A DNA stretch of 64,000 bases from Epiperipatus broadwayi (GCA_028023455.1 JAQFVV010000006.1:8866001-8930000), one strand, 5' to 3'; counted from the first letter of the stretch, positions 36,506-50,483 are shown. Numbers and translations: made by a program. Notes: generated from the letters alone by a model not told the origin.

Positions 36506-38304
36506 GACTTCCATATAAGCAATCCATACAATTACTTTTTTATTTTATTGATTATCATTATTCTCTTTCTTGTCCACTCTTCATACTATACTATTTTTGT
36601 TCACTTAAGTTAGTTCACGGTCCAGCCATCATGAGCATCTCATGTAATCTGCCATCTTTTTGCACTATTGGTCTCAACGACCATATATAATCAATAGTCT
36701 TTTTTTTTAATCACACACACAGCAATTCTGAATCCAATCTTTTTTTTCTTTGTTCCTTAACTTTTTATCCTTTGCCTTTCGATCTTTTTTTATTTGATGA
36801 AATGGATTCCTCATTACTAATAATAATGATGATCAGACTTCCTTTTAGAAATAAAATTTTTGATAAAGAGGACCTGAAAATACATTTACTCTGATTTTTT
36901 AAAAAAAGACTGCTTAATGACGTAACTCTAAATATTAAAATGCAAGAATAATTGTCTTGGGGTAAGAAGCAATTGAAAATTGCAATCGAAGATGCTCTTA
37001 TTAAGAATATCTTATTGCTTAGAAACTTCACAGGACTTCGGGAAAATATTATATACAAATTTGTCCATGCGTATTTTAATGTTTTAAGAGTAAATCTTAC
37101 ACAACTGTTCTTATAGAGAATTAAACTGCCTCTAACCGTAGCATAATACATAACTTTCATCAGCAAAAAAACGTACACCGACATGAGATTAAAGCTCAAA
37201 ATATTACAATGTATATTCAGTACTGTAATACTATATAATATATTTTAATTGTTTGAATCATTGGTAACAATGTTTAAAAATGAAACAAATCTCGATCTGG
37301 TCAATTAAAAATATCTGTCAGTTTAAAATGTTTAAAAATAAATTTATTGGTTGATTTAAAAATTCATTCTTCTTGCCTATTTAAGACATTCTTCACTATA
37401 TATGAAGAAGGTAAAAGATAAAAGAATTTGTGCTTTTTTGTTTTGCGAATGTTTCTTTCACTGATAAAATTTATCTCGTAAGCTACAGCTAAAAGACGGC
37501 TAGAAGGTCTTCTATTTACTTATAAGAACCATTGCACAAAACTTAAACTTGAAACATTAATTATATATTTAGCACTGTAATATTATATTATATATATATA
37601 TATAACGTTAGAAAATATTCAACATGAAATCGTACATAATATAAAAATATTAAACATTCGCAAGGCTATTAAAATAAAGGCATAGCAATTCTCTCTTGGA
37701 AATATTAAGTTGGTTCAATTTAAACGAGGTATCATTTATAATTGCAATGAGTAAAATTTCATTCCCACAGTTAATGCCATCTATCCTTATCTTCCAGATA
37801 AGTTCTTATGATTTCAGACAAAGCGAGACTCATTTTGTATGATTGTCAGTTAGACATATGAGTTTATGTGAGATTTTTAATGTTATTTGCCTATATTCAT
37901 TCTCAATAGTAGGTAAAGATTTATAGATGGTTGGAAAATGCTAAATAGCATTACCAAGTGTCAATTCCAAATCCTCAACGATAAAGGCAAAAGGTTGGAA
38001 ACCAGTAAGGGGTTGGGGATTTAAGTGCATTCCCATCAGGTAATTTCTCCTTATTCAACCTTACTAAAGATGGCACTAGAGTATAGAGCAGCTCTTGCTT
38101 ACATCATACAATCTAAGTTAAAAAGTCAAATTCATTATGTTAGAAATATACCTTGCCAGTGGAAAAAAAGTTTTGCAGTTAGAAACAAACTGGAATTACT
38201 ATAAAAATAAAGTTACTGGATAAGGGTCAGATCTAAATATCTTATACAAACAGATTAGACTGAGTTCAAAACATTAGAGTTTTTCAAATTTCAAACTTTG
38301 AGCT

Positions 38305-38750
38305 TGATGGTAGACATGAAGTTAAAGATGGCTGCCAAATGTAAAATTGTTGCCGGTAGACATAAAGTTAAAGATAGCTGCTGTATATACAATTATTGAC
38401 AATAGACATGAAGTCAAAGATGGCTTCCATCTGTATAATTGTTGATGGTAGATATGAAGTTAAAGATTGCTGCCAGATGTGTAATTGTTGATGGTAAGAC
38501 ATGAAATTAAGGATGGCTGCCAGATGTGTACAGGGGACATAAAGTTAAAAATGGCTACCGTTGATGGTAAGACATGAAGTTAAAGATAGCTGCCAGATGT
38601 ATAATTGTTGATGATAGACATGAAGTTAAAGATGGCTGCCAGATGTATAATTGTTGATGGTCGATATGAAGTTAAAGATGGCTGCCAGATGTATAATTGT
38701 TGATGATATAGACATGGTTAAAGATGGCTGCCAGATGTATAATTGCATTG
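38305..38750. repeat. Minisatellite, ~42 bp x ~10
   Basis: gtagacatgaagttaaagatggctgccagatgtataattgttgatg repeated head to tail. Confidence 0.95.
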
Positions 38751-38954
38751 AATACAGAATCCTAAATCTTAATGATCAGAGGTAAAAACCAAAAATTGAT
38801 CTGGAGATGAGATTCTAAATTACTACCAACTGGCAATTGTTGTTTACTCAAGCTTGCTAAAGATAGCATTACAGCAGAGAAAGAAATCAAATGATACGCT
38901 GGTGTACATATTCCCTACTAGAGAATAAACAGGTATCTACAAGTATTGAAAAAA

Positions 38955-39060
38955 TGCTAACGGCTTTATTGCTCCGGAGTTCATATGAAGTTCCAGTGCC
39001 AGTATCGATACTGGGATCTCCCAATCCCCCAAGTCAGACTCCCTATCAACTGCATCTAAG
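38955..39060 (-). mobile_element. SINE-like repeat (related copy at 52140-52245)
   Basis: Shared ggctttattgctc..gaagttc..gatctcc..cccaagtcagac; the reverse complement is tRNA-like. Confidence 0.45.
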
Positions 39061-39445
39061 CATGCAGGGTCAGGCAAAAAATAACTAGGGTTATTATAAT
39101 ATAGAGATACTGACCAGAAACCAGATGTATATAACACAAGCAAATTGTCTTGGTTCAAATCTTAGGGTTTTTAGACTTTCAGGTTTTGATTTTAATGGTA
39201 AACAAAAAAGTTATTTATCAAACTCAAAGCACAGAATTCACAAAACCCAATCTGTTAGAATACTTATACAGATCAGACTCTGGTCATTATCTATACAGTT
39301 TCTGGATATGAAGTAGATAACGAGTTATCTTTTTTGACAATGGTTTGAATGATTATCGTTAGCAAATAATTATTTCTTAACAGACATACATATCTATATA
39401 CACATACACACAAGCAATAATAATTATTTTAGAAAAATCACTTAC

Positions 39446-39536
39446 TGTATCTGCAGATAACCTAATTGCATAGTTTAAAATCAGTTCCTTAACGAGATCT
39501 TTTCTCCAAAGAACAAGGGGATCATCGGGCATTTTA
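39446..39536 (-). CDS. PIGL: PIGL 91-bp exon (KMPDDPLVLWRKDLVKELILNYAIRLSADT)
   Basis: PDDP...W motif; acceptor ttttcag|, donor |gtaagt; phases fit. Confidence 0.97.
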
Positions 39537-39789
39537 CTGAAAAAAATAATAGACTATGTTATAAAATTACATAGATACGTAAGATCAAAAGAAGCATTAA
39601 ATTATCCTTTTGTTTAGAAAAGTTTAGTAGAGTTTAAATATATTGATCCATGGTCATCTAAGAGTAGCTAAATACAAATGAACAATATTACTCCACATTT
39701 TCCCAATTGATAAATTTCGACTATCCAACAGACTTTTTCCACAATTTCAAAACAAAAGAAACTAATTTATTAATCAAAATTATGTGGGA

Positions 39790-39895
39790 AATGATGATCT
39801 GGAACAACTGATGAGTGCTGGTTCTACATAAAATATTTTTCACATGTATGTGGTCATGTGTATCGGTTGTATAAGATGGAGTGGATGACTGAACA
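39790..39895 (+). mobile_element. Family D partial copy with internal deletion through the HHR
   Basis: gatgatctggaacaaCTGATGAGTGCTGGTTC...ttttcacatgtatgtggtcatgtg..gttgtataagatgg. Confidence 0.7.
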
Positions 39896-42800
39896 AAGCT
39901 TATCTGGGCTCAAATCCCCTCTAATCAAAATTATATGGGAGGGGGGAGTCTTAGACTGATTATTCATTTATTATTTGGTCCAGACTTCAAACCCATGCTA
40001 TGAGCATGGCAGACAGTACACTAACATTATGTTGTGAGGCATCATTAAAAAAAAATAGTATATAGTAGGTGGACATGTGAGTAGAGATATAATAGAGTAC
40101 GTGTTAGAGGAAATATAATGGATAAAGAAAGTAAAAGATATACTGAAGAAAAAATAGTTATCACTAATTAAAAAATAAAATAAGGAATCTTGGAGCAAAT
40201 AATTTGAAGGAACGTATGGCACCCGTTAGGCAGTCAGTAAACCAATGATAAGTTTAATCGATGGAATTTTGTTTACAATTAATTAATGCTATTACTTAAC
40301 ATTTTTTAAATGCCGTTGCTTGCGGCAATAAGAGTGACCTTAACAAAATGGCGAATAGGTTTGAGGAAATACTTAAAAAAGTTGAAAATAAAAATCCATC
40401 ATCAACTAACACTTTTTTACTTGTAAGAATTGATTTAGGAACTTTTAGCTCTTATAATCAATCCCTCAACTACTAAACTAAATCGCCTAGAGTACTAAAC
40501 CTAAAGCAATGAATTTTGGGATTTATCAAAATAATGAAAACAGCGCTATATATTATTATAACTTTTTTTTCCTTCAGGAAAAACCCTACAGGCGTAATAA
40601 ATATTCAATATGAAATTGATGTTATAAGTCGGTAAAAACAAATCTCAGATCTGAGTTTAAAAGAGATCAAAATATTGATGCCTGGCTGAAAGCCTCAATT
40701 TCAAAAGTGCTAAACTATTTAAATTTACGATTAAGTTTAATAGTGTTGGTGGCCAAATTTTAAAAAGCGTAATATCAGTTTGCTAAGTTTTTAGTGATGT
40801 GGATTAGAAAGCGGCATTTTTTTTTTTTTAAGATGAATTCATTGAATATTCACTAAACTGTATTTACAGTTTATTAAACTAGAAGGAAAACAAATGAAGG
40901 ATGAAATCTTTATCCTCTTTTCAATAATAAAATTTGTTTTTTTTTTTTTTAAAATTGCCTTTGTAAACAAAAAAATATCTTGGAAATGATTTCTAACGTG
41001 TGTAAAGATTATTTCAAAAATTAGAAATACGACAATATTGTTTCCATTCTTAGTTTTTAGATTTGAATATGAATAGCTTTATTGCAAAATATCCTAATAC
41101 TAAAAAGTAAAAAAATAATATATATAAAAAACATTTTATAAAAAATGCTTTTATTTAATTGGATAAATAATGCACTAAAAACCAAAAATAATGTTTTTCT
41201 TCAAACACAATTTAGATTGGTATATTCAATTTGAAATAAAAGCAAGAGATGTCCATAAATTAATTAAATGAATGCTCCCTGCTTTTATCTCAAGTTAAAT
41301 ATACCAATTCAAACTATGATTGAAGAAAAAAAAAATTCTTAGGTTAAATAAAAGAATTATATATATATATATTATTAATTATGCCGAAATGATTTATCCA
41401 TGGCCTTTCAAATTACAATTTAAAATAAATCTTGTTAGGTGTTTTGTTGGAGAATAGTTCCAATTGGAGTGAACTGGATAATTTTGAAGAAAGGCAGGTG
41501 ACATCAAAGATGTGAATTTGAAAAAGATTGGATGATATAAAAAGAGAAGTCAGATAAGTAGATGTGTTATAAAAGACTAAAAAGAAAAAAAAATGACTTG
41601 TTAGTAAAGAAATTAAAAAGAGGAAGAAAATGAAATATTCTTAGATGAAAAGAACAATAAGAGATATATTGAAAAGGATTGCAAAGAAAGAAGAAACTGA
41701 ATTAAAGAAATTGGCAGATGATTTTAAGGAAAAAATGCAGCAAATAATGGCAAGATAATATGATCTATCTGACCATCGCTAGATAACTCAAGTAAGTAAA
41801 ATGGTTGTTGAGCAATTCACTGAAGGCCAGAATTCTTTAACATTCTTTCATGAAGAATAGTTAAGAATTAAAGGCAATATAGCAACGTATATTTAAAAAA
41901 ACCACTGAAAATACTAAATATTATCTAAATGCATTTTCTGGTGCTGAGTTCCCTTGTAAAGGGCAATGGTTATATTTCTTAAAAGAAAAAACCCATTAAA
42001 TTCAAAACAACAACAAATGGAAGTATGAAATTGTGTTGCAAAATGTATTTGCATTTCATGTTCGGGTTCTCCTTAATTTGTGCTTCCTGTTCATATTTTT
42101 GTAATTCCTGTTATTATGTTCAGTGCAAACAAACTGTACTCATGTAGATTAAAGATGCGACCAAATATTCTTTCATGATCTAAAAATACCTGATGACACT
42201 GTAAAATCTATAAGCTAATGCTTTAATTTTACATTAATGTCAATTCTAGATGACCTTAAAAAACATAAGGGTTCAGTGAAGGAGAAGGTGGAAAGGGTTT
42301 GAATAGTTTTTGATCCCTGCTTTATCCTCTGATTACCAATAAATAGACAACCTATCTCCAAGATGTTAGGCTCATTTTATTGCAATATTACGCCTGGTAT
42401 TTGAATAATCAAAATTTCTAGTTAAGCTCATTATATTGCAATATTATGCCTGGTATTTGAATAACCAAAATTTCTATCAGCAAATAAAGTCAAAAATTAT
42501 TGTTCACATTTTTAAGAAGAGTTTTTTGCATATTGAAAATTTATGTAAAATAATATATTAACAGAAATAATGACATTAATAGAATGCTAATCAGAAAACA
42601 TAGTATAAAGACTTAAAGATGGCTGCTACGTGTCTACACATGTTAGTTTCAGTTTTAGAACCAAAGTTGTCCTTAATAAAATTTTATAAGTGAGTAACCA
42701 GATTGATAGTATAGACTTAATAACTTTACCATCTGCTTACACTAGATGGTTCTGGAGTACAGAGAAGAGAAATCCATCTAAAAACATACATGAAGTGTAA

Positions 42801-44299
42801 GAGCTCATGCGATATTTTATTGGTATATCATATTCTAGTAACAGGATGAAAGGGCCTGCAGTTAGTATAAACATGAGAATAGTAAAATATAATTACTGGC
42901 ATAATGTCAAATCTTTATAACTATAGAATTGTGCTGGTGTGGATTCAAAACCTAAAGATTTTTTTAATTTCAAGATATTAGCTTAAGATAATAAAGGCAT
43001 CAAAGATGGTTCTTAGATACATAAATACCAATTTTAGATCCAACTTCATCATTAACAAATGCTATAAGCCAGAAATTAATCCCAATATGAAAATATGACA
43101 CGATCATCTAGAGTACATTGACTTTTCAAATTTACAACAGATGGCTCTGAAGTCGGGGAAGATAATTGCTCCCAAGTCTGCGTGATATTATGTCGCTATA
43201 AAATGTCCTTGCCAAAAGGTGAAAGGCACATACAATCCGCATAAAACTATGGCTTAAAATACAGTTATTGGATTAGTCTTAGGTCTATATATCTTCATAA
43301 GAAGATTTGACTTAGATTCAAAACATAAAAGTTTTTCCAAATTTCAAGCTATTAGCTTGATGATACAAAGAAATTAAAAGATTGTTGCTAAATACAGTGA
43401 TTTCAGCTTTAGATCTAAAGATCTCAGTGAAAAAGGTCAAAAGTTCGAAACAGGAAGTAATATAAAAATATGGATATACCTGTGCTATCATATAGTGCCC
43501 AGTTATTCAAGCTTACAGCATATGGTTCCGGAATATAATGAAGAGAATTAATCTTCAAAGCATATACTAAGCATAAACAGAGGAAGACTTGGGTTACCTT
43601 TTCAGTACAAATTGTCATAACCAAAAAACAGAACAATGGTTAAATCAAAATACACCAGGGATATTATTATAAATCAATAAGCGTAAATGGAATATAAACA
43701 AATATAATTGTCAATGCCAATAACAATATTTACAAAAAATTATGCAATGATATCCTAATGATATTTAGAATATAAAGAATGGTATAATCTGTAATCATAT
43801 ATTTTTTTAATATTTCTTAATGAGAAAATAATTATCATTTTGCTTCCATTTTGAGAATATTTTCAAATGATTTGGAAAGATAATTATTCAGAAAGTTGTA
43901 TAAAACAACTTGTTCAATATATATGTGGAAATATTTAATGTGTAGAGTTATCCATTTATTATGACTTAATTAGAAAGCACTTTATCTAAAGCAGTAACTA
44001 ATGAAAACCAACTGCCCTAGGCCAAAAGTTAAAGTAAAACTGTCAGGCTGATTGCATTTCAAAAGGAGGATCATCGTTTGAACCCTACTCTAGATTTAAT
44101 ATCGAAATCAAACCACTGCAGTTCACATTTGTAGGTGTAAGAAATCAAAATTATATATGTATTCAGCAATTAACTTGTTTAGGTTTAGCCAAATTTTAAA
44201 ATGAATCCAGTAATCCGTGAAAAGTCCAAATAAACAATGATAAAGTACTAAAATATTATTTTAAAAAAATTAAGCAAATCTTAAAGGATTATAAGCTAA

Positions 44300-45330
44300 A
44301 TTTCTTATCATTTTCAACTATTTTCAATGCTGTGATAGATGAATGTCTCTCTGATCTATTATCTCTAGTAATGTGGTCAAGTCACTTCATTTCTTCAAGT
44401 TTAATCATTTCTCTGATCTACAGTATCTTTTTTACACAATGCTCCAGCAACACTTCCTTGTTCACCCATCCATTTTTTTCTACATCTCTTATAATATTTG
44501 GGGATCCAATTGGATCTCTTCTGGTGAAGTTTTCAAGCTATTATTTCCTTATTCATCCATTGGGATCCAATTGGAGGTTTTTATGCACTGGCATCACTTT
44601 TAGTGAAGTAAGTTGTTATTTCCCTTATTCACCTAGCCACCTTTTTCTACATTTCTTACAACATTTTAGGATCCAAATGGATCTTTTCTAGTGAAGTTCT
44701 CAAGCTCTTACTTTCTATTTAGTGCTCATCTTTTCTAGCAAAGTTCTCAAGTTGTTATTTCCTTATTTACCCATCAATTTTTTCTACATCTCTTACAATA
44801 TTTTGGGATCCAATTGGATCTCTTCTAGTGAAATTCTCAAGCTGTTACTTCCTTATTCATCCACTGAGATCCAATTGGAATTTTCTATTCATTGGTATCT
44901 TTACTAGTGGACTTCTTAAGTCATTTACTTATTCAACCATCCACCTTTTTCTACATCTCTTACAATATTTTGGGATCCAATTGGAGTTTTCTATCTGTTA
45001 CCATCTCTTCTAGTGGAGTTCTCAAGCTATTTCATTTGAGTTTCTTAATTCTTCCAATGATGTTTACTGATATCTAACTGTTCAACTGCCTAAATATTTT
45101 CGATCTTTCCATAACCAACACGCACCCAACGTACAGAATCCGCAACCTCTTCAATTAGATGCCTAACTCTCAGATCCTACAACAAAACACATTTAGTAAA
45201 ATTCTAACCAAAGCACTCTATCCAAGTGTGTCCATTAAGTTTCCATCCACATTAATAATTTGACCAAAAAATTTATAATTGTTAACTTCCTGTATTTTCC
45301 TCTTTTATAAAATGGAAAATTTATTCTCAA
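44300..45330 (-). mobile_element. RTE-type LINE remnant with internal tandem expansion (~106-120 bp x 5-6)
   Basis: WVNKEVLLEHC..IREMIKL..K*LDHITRD; repeats of ttttctacatctcttacaatattttgggatccaattgga between 44460 and 45030. Confidence 0.6.
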
Positions 45331-45770
45331 TAAACAAAGAAAGGCATTCTTAAATAATCACCAGAGTATGAACAAAAAAGAAAAAAATTCCCAAAATTCG
45401 ACCACTTTTTATGGTTGAATAAATTGAAATTAACTAAAATCTAAAGCTGAGGTATGTAAAGGTGAGGCAACTTTTAAATAATCTATTTACAGAACAAGGA
45501 TTATTTCAACAAAACCTAAAAAAAAAAAAAAAAAAAAAACAGCAACAGAGATGTCATTGCTCACCAGGGGTTCCCATTGCTGGATAGTGATGGTTTGATT
45601 GGCATCCACGATTGTTTTATCCTCTAGCTATGAATAGTTAGATATCCAATATTCACAAAGATGTTTAAATTAGTGAATTAATAATAATAATAAAAGCTCA
45701 TTTAGGTGCTCAATTAAGTTGGAAAAAAATAAAAATGAACACAGCAGATGTAAAATCAAAAAATACTTAC

Positions 45771-45870
45771 CTGTGTTCTATTACAGTTATGTTACCCGAT
45801 GGAATACCCAATATTGCACAACTTTTACGTAATTCATCCTTTCTAACATAGCCATGCATGTAATAATTAC
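45771..45870 (-). CDS. PIGL: PIGL 100-bp exon (GNYYMHGYVRKDELRKSCAILGIPSGNITVIEH)
   Basis: GN....G..RK.EL..SC..LGI motif; acceptor tttttgtag|, donor AG|gtaagt. Confidence 0.97.
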
Positions 45871-47149
45871 CTACAAAAATCATTATAAAACAAAGGTATG
45901 AGATTAGGTAGTGGTGGATGCAGATATAGTTTTAAAAAGGCATTTATTTGCATAAAAACAACAACGATTACAACGTTAAATTGGCAAACTACAATCACAG
46001 ATACTGATTTATATTCATCATTAAGTCACTGAATCTATTTACTACGTATATTAAGAAATCTGGAAATGTAAGCTTTTATGACATTGAAGTATCTCTTAAC
46101 ATTCGTCATCAAAAGATAAAAACACATAATTATAATCACCAATAATAGTTTGTGGTTACATTCACTGCCCTTAGCATATTATTTAAACATTACAAAAAAA
46201 TGTGAATTATTAAAAATGAACAGATAAAAAATACATAACTGTTTCTAGAAATGGTAAATAAGAGCTCATTTCACAAATCAAAATTTACGATTAAAAAATT
46301 ATGAACACCATTAATCTAGAAAATACAAACAGAAAAAAGACATACATAACACTGTCCAGGGACTACATCCAATGAATATTTATCAACATAAAAATGTATG
46401 ATACAATAAAGGCAAAAATAATCTTTAAACATTCCTTCTTGGCAAAATCTCTCCATGAGCTCCCAACGGAGAAACAATAAAAGGAGCACTATTCATCAGG
46501 TTTGGTAACTGATTTTGGTTGGCTAATTAAAAAAAAAGCCACCCTATTTGAAAATTGAAAAACTTCTAAGTTTTATTTAATCTCAGTTACATGGTAGACA
46601 AAGTATTATACCATGAGATCTATCCATATTTAATAAATAGTTACTTTTCCATGTACAGCCTTAAATCCGTGATTTTTACAATAACTAAGATGACTTTTCA
46701 CTAACGATATTTCTAAAAAGAAACCAAATTCTGTAAAAATAAAAATTGTCAACAATTTCATAACTCAGTTAATTTATTTTCACATTTCCTATCATAATAA
46801 CCCATCTCCACTAGAAGCCAAATGAGTCAAGTGACATTAAATTACCCTACATTGTTGAGACTAAAAATCACCACTCTAAATGAAATATTTAAAGATTTTT
46901 ACATAAAGAACTCATTTTGATGGTAGAATGTGAATGAATATATAGAATTAGAGTTTAAAATCTTGCCATAATTATTCTTATATGCATTAATAATATATCG
47001 CTAAATTTAAAATTAGTTTCTCAAGTTAGAATAAATCTAAATATATCTATCAAACAAATTATCTGTTTTCGATGTATAAAGTTACCAAATGAGTAAACAT
47101 CCTATTTTAGGAGAATATGCTCCACAATTACACCCTATACTCTATTCTT

Positions 47150-47292
47150 AAAGCAGAGGCAAAACTCTCCATACAGTCATATTCAATGGAAGCAAGAAGA
47201 TTACTCTGGCTTGCACTTGGTGGCACTACTGTATGGAGAGTTTTGTCTGTGTTAACAGCTTGTGTAAGCATAGGAAATGGTGGTCATATGAT
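47150..47292. mobile_element. Family A copy A9 (short hairpin plus tail, no HHR)
   Basis: ggcaaaactctccatacagt mirrored by actgtatggagagttttgtc; ends ggtggtcatatgat; candidate TSD actctattctt/attccattctt (9/11). Confidence 0.85.
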
Positions 47293-48899
47293 ATTCCATT
47301 CTTTTTCCTTTCACAAATGCAATGTCTTATTTTTACAGCTTTGAATGTTAATTTTCAATTTTGTATAAAGTTTTGAACACAAGACTTTTTTGTTCAATAA
47401 AATAGTGACGTAAGGTAACAATGTGCGAATCAGCTTTCATTGGAATAGTTGCATTTTAACATTCAGTTTCGCATAAAGCGGAATATGAGATTCTGTTCAA
47501 TAAAATAGTTGCATAAAGTAACAACATGCAAATCACCAAATCATCTTCCATCGGAACAATAACATTGCATTTTTTGAGTGGTGACAATGTGTGAATCATG
47601 TTTCAAAGATAAAGCAAATTTTGTTTGTTATGTAAAGTTAGAATACGAATAAAATAATTAAACAAAATAATATATATAATGAAAGAACCTGTTATAAAAA
47701 AGTAATTTTTATGATATTAAGGCTTTAAGATATTTATTAGCTTGGTTAATGGATGTCTCATCATTCTTAACTAGACTACAAAACAGAATATAAAAATGCT
47801 AAAAGCATATAGATCCAATGAGCGACAAGCTTGTTAATACTGCCTTTTATTTTCTTTCATCATTCCTCTCTACAAGAGACTTTTAAAGAATCATTTGGCT
47901 TGTAGTGGGCTATTCATTAAGAATTATTTTATCTTTAGATGATAGATTAATAATATTTTTTGGACTTAACATCTTTTATAGAAATTGCAAAATTAATATT
48001 TGGTAGCGATTAAATATGAATAATGAAATAAAGATCAGTGTGAATTTTAGTAATTAATTTTTTTAACTTCGAATCATAAGTAAGTCTGTAATAAAGCTTT
48101 AAAAAAAATTTAAGTAAATTTCATCATTAACAAATTGCATAGTTTGGTTTTGTGAAAAGTTAATTTTTTTCTCAGGGAAATTTAAAAATTTAGGAAATTG
48201 CAACAGCTCAACAAAAAAAAAAGTTAACGTTTTAAAACTAAATAAAATTATGTCGTTAATTAATTGAAATCATATGACCTTCTAATATGCATATGATACG
48301 TTAAACATGAACAATTCCATTCAAGTGGCTAAAGTATGATTTTTTAAAATTTTATTTGCTGGGAATTTGAACTGAGAAGATTCCATTCAATTTTAACTTT
48401 AGGCAGAGAAAATTCAAGGACTTCTAACTTACCACTCTTATCACAAAGTTAAACTATTGAGAACACTTTAATGAAAGAATAATCTATAAGTTTTCTTATT
48501 GGTTCACTTTAATATGAATTTCAACTACTTCGATACAAAACGTGTCAAAAAGAATTGTCTATTAGTTTTAGATTTTCTTTCCTTGATATTATATCAACAA
48601 GAACTGATCACACCATGGGGTAAATAAAAGAATTTTATTTCCAATAACCTTAAAAAAAATCTTAAGATGGAAATGATTTACTGAAATTAATTGATTAAAA
48701 AAGTTTAGAGGTTTTAAGATTCCAATGGGATTTCAAAGTCTCTTTACAAATGAGATGTTATTTTGGCATAATTTGTTTGGCTATTTTTATTTAACCTTGT
48801 GATGAATAAATTTTAAATTAATATAAAGCAAACAATATCAAAGCATTCTTCTATGTACTTAACAGAATCCATAATTCATTTTATGTAAACTGCCAAAAT

Positions 48900-48940
48900 A
48901 TATGGCAATTTCGACTATCCTACAGCCCTCTTCAAAGTTA
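48900..48940 (-). ncRNA. Eroded family-E-type hammerhead-like motif
   Basis: TTGAAGA-GGGCTGTAGGATAGTC-GAAA-TTGCCAT. Confidence 0.35.
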
Positions 48941-50483
48941 AAATGCTGTTAAAATATTCTTGCCAGTTCATTTTTCCCTTTTAAACTTTAATTATTAAAT
49001 AAATTAAATCTCTAAATTCAATAAATAAGTAGTATAAGCGTGCAATGATAAAGCCTTGAACTGTGGACAGAGATTATCAGTTCTAACATCAATCGAATAG
49101 TTCTACTCAGATTTTAAACTGAAACTAAATTGGACCAGACATCTCTATCTTACAATTCTTAATATTTTAGATAAATTTTTAAGATCATTATAATTAGCTA
49201 TTAAGTTAATGCACATGCACTTTGAAGATTTAAATTATAAATGAATACTCTCAATTCCAAACACAAGATAAAGTCTTTTTGTTTATAAAACATAGCGCTA
49301 TGTAAAATATTATTTCATTATATATGTTTAATTTCAAAGTAAGAATAACGTATTGTAAATTGTAAAGATTTTTGCAAGCATAGTAAAAGTAATTTAAAGT
49401 GATTATTTAATATCTCATGCTCTCATTTCCAAATGCTTAAGATTTGCCCAGACATAAACATTTGGGTAAGAAAAGATAGATGGATTCGTTCCATCTTTTC
49501 AAAAAGACTTTAACTTGTATTTGGAATTGAGAGTATTCATTTATAATTTAAATTTTCAAAGTGCATGCTGCATTAGCTTAATATCTGATTATTATTACTG
49601 TTTATAAAACATAGCATTATATAGAATATTATTTCATTATAATAAAACAATCTTCTATATATTTTATTGATTCCTTTTATTATAAAATTTGAAATTATTT
49701 GGAAATTAAAGTGACAAAAAAATTGAATTGATGGAATTCAACAACTATAACTTTTAAGTTTTATTCGATGTGATCAGAATTCTAACAATTGGATAATTTT
49801 CAAAAACATTCACTGAAATATCTTGAGATATTTAATAAACAAGTATTGATTGGAACATATAGAAGATTCAATTGAATATTTCACTTTTAGAGTGACAATA
49901 TTTACCGTAATTTAAAAAAACTGATAAATACAATAAACAAAATGGATGAGAGAAATGGAACTCTATAGCAGACCATTCTGTAAAATTTGATATCTACTAT
50001 AATTATCATTCCGTATCAGTTGAATTTTTCTATCGGACAGCATTTTGTCAAATAAATTAATAGTTTTCCTTTGAATTTTAGAAACTTATAGAAGAGCATT
50101 TTTCTAAACATAATCGTAAACCAAAGTTAAATTTTTAAAAGTTGCACCAGTTTTTAATTTATTTCGAAAAACCTTTTCAAGTTGCTAAAGATAAAAGATG
50201 TCCGCAGTAGTTATTCTTGGCTCAAACTAGCTTAAGCTCTATAGGCAGATATAGCTCCCAACTAATGGCAAAATTCTTGCTTATGTAATTCTTTCAGACC
50301 CCTGCAAGAAACATATAATAAAAGTATTGGGTGAATTTGTTTTTATTATTGGGGTTACTTGTTATTGCGACTGTTATAATTTTACCTTTGTGTCAAATTT
50401 TTGCAATAGTTTCTGTATTAATAATGTTGTTGAATTAATTTTGCCAGCCATACATTGGCTTTTACGTTCTAAATTTTTTTAGA

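Noticed and set aside
38305-38750. CRISPR-like array
   Set aside because: Units are contiguous near-identical repeats without unique spacers; eukaryotic context; no cas genes.
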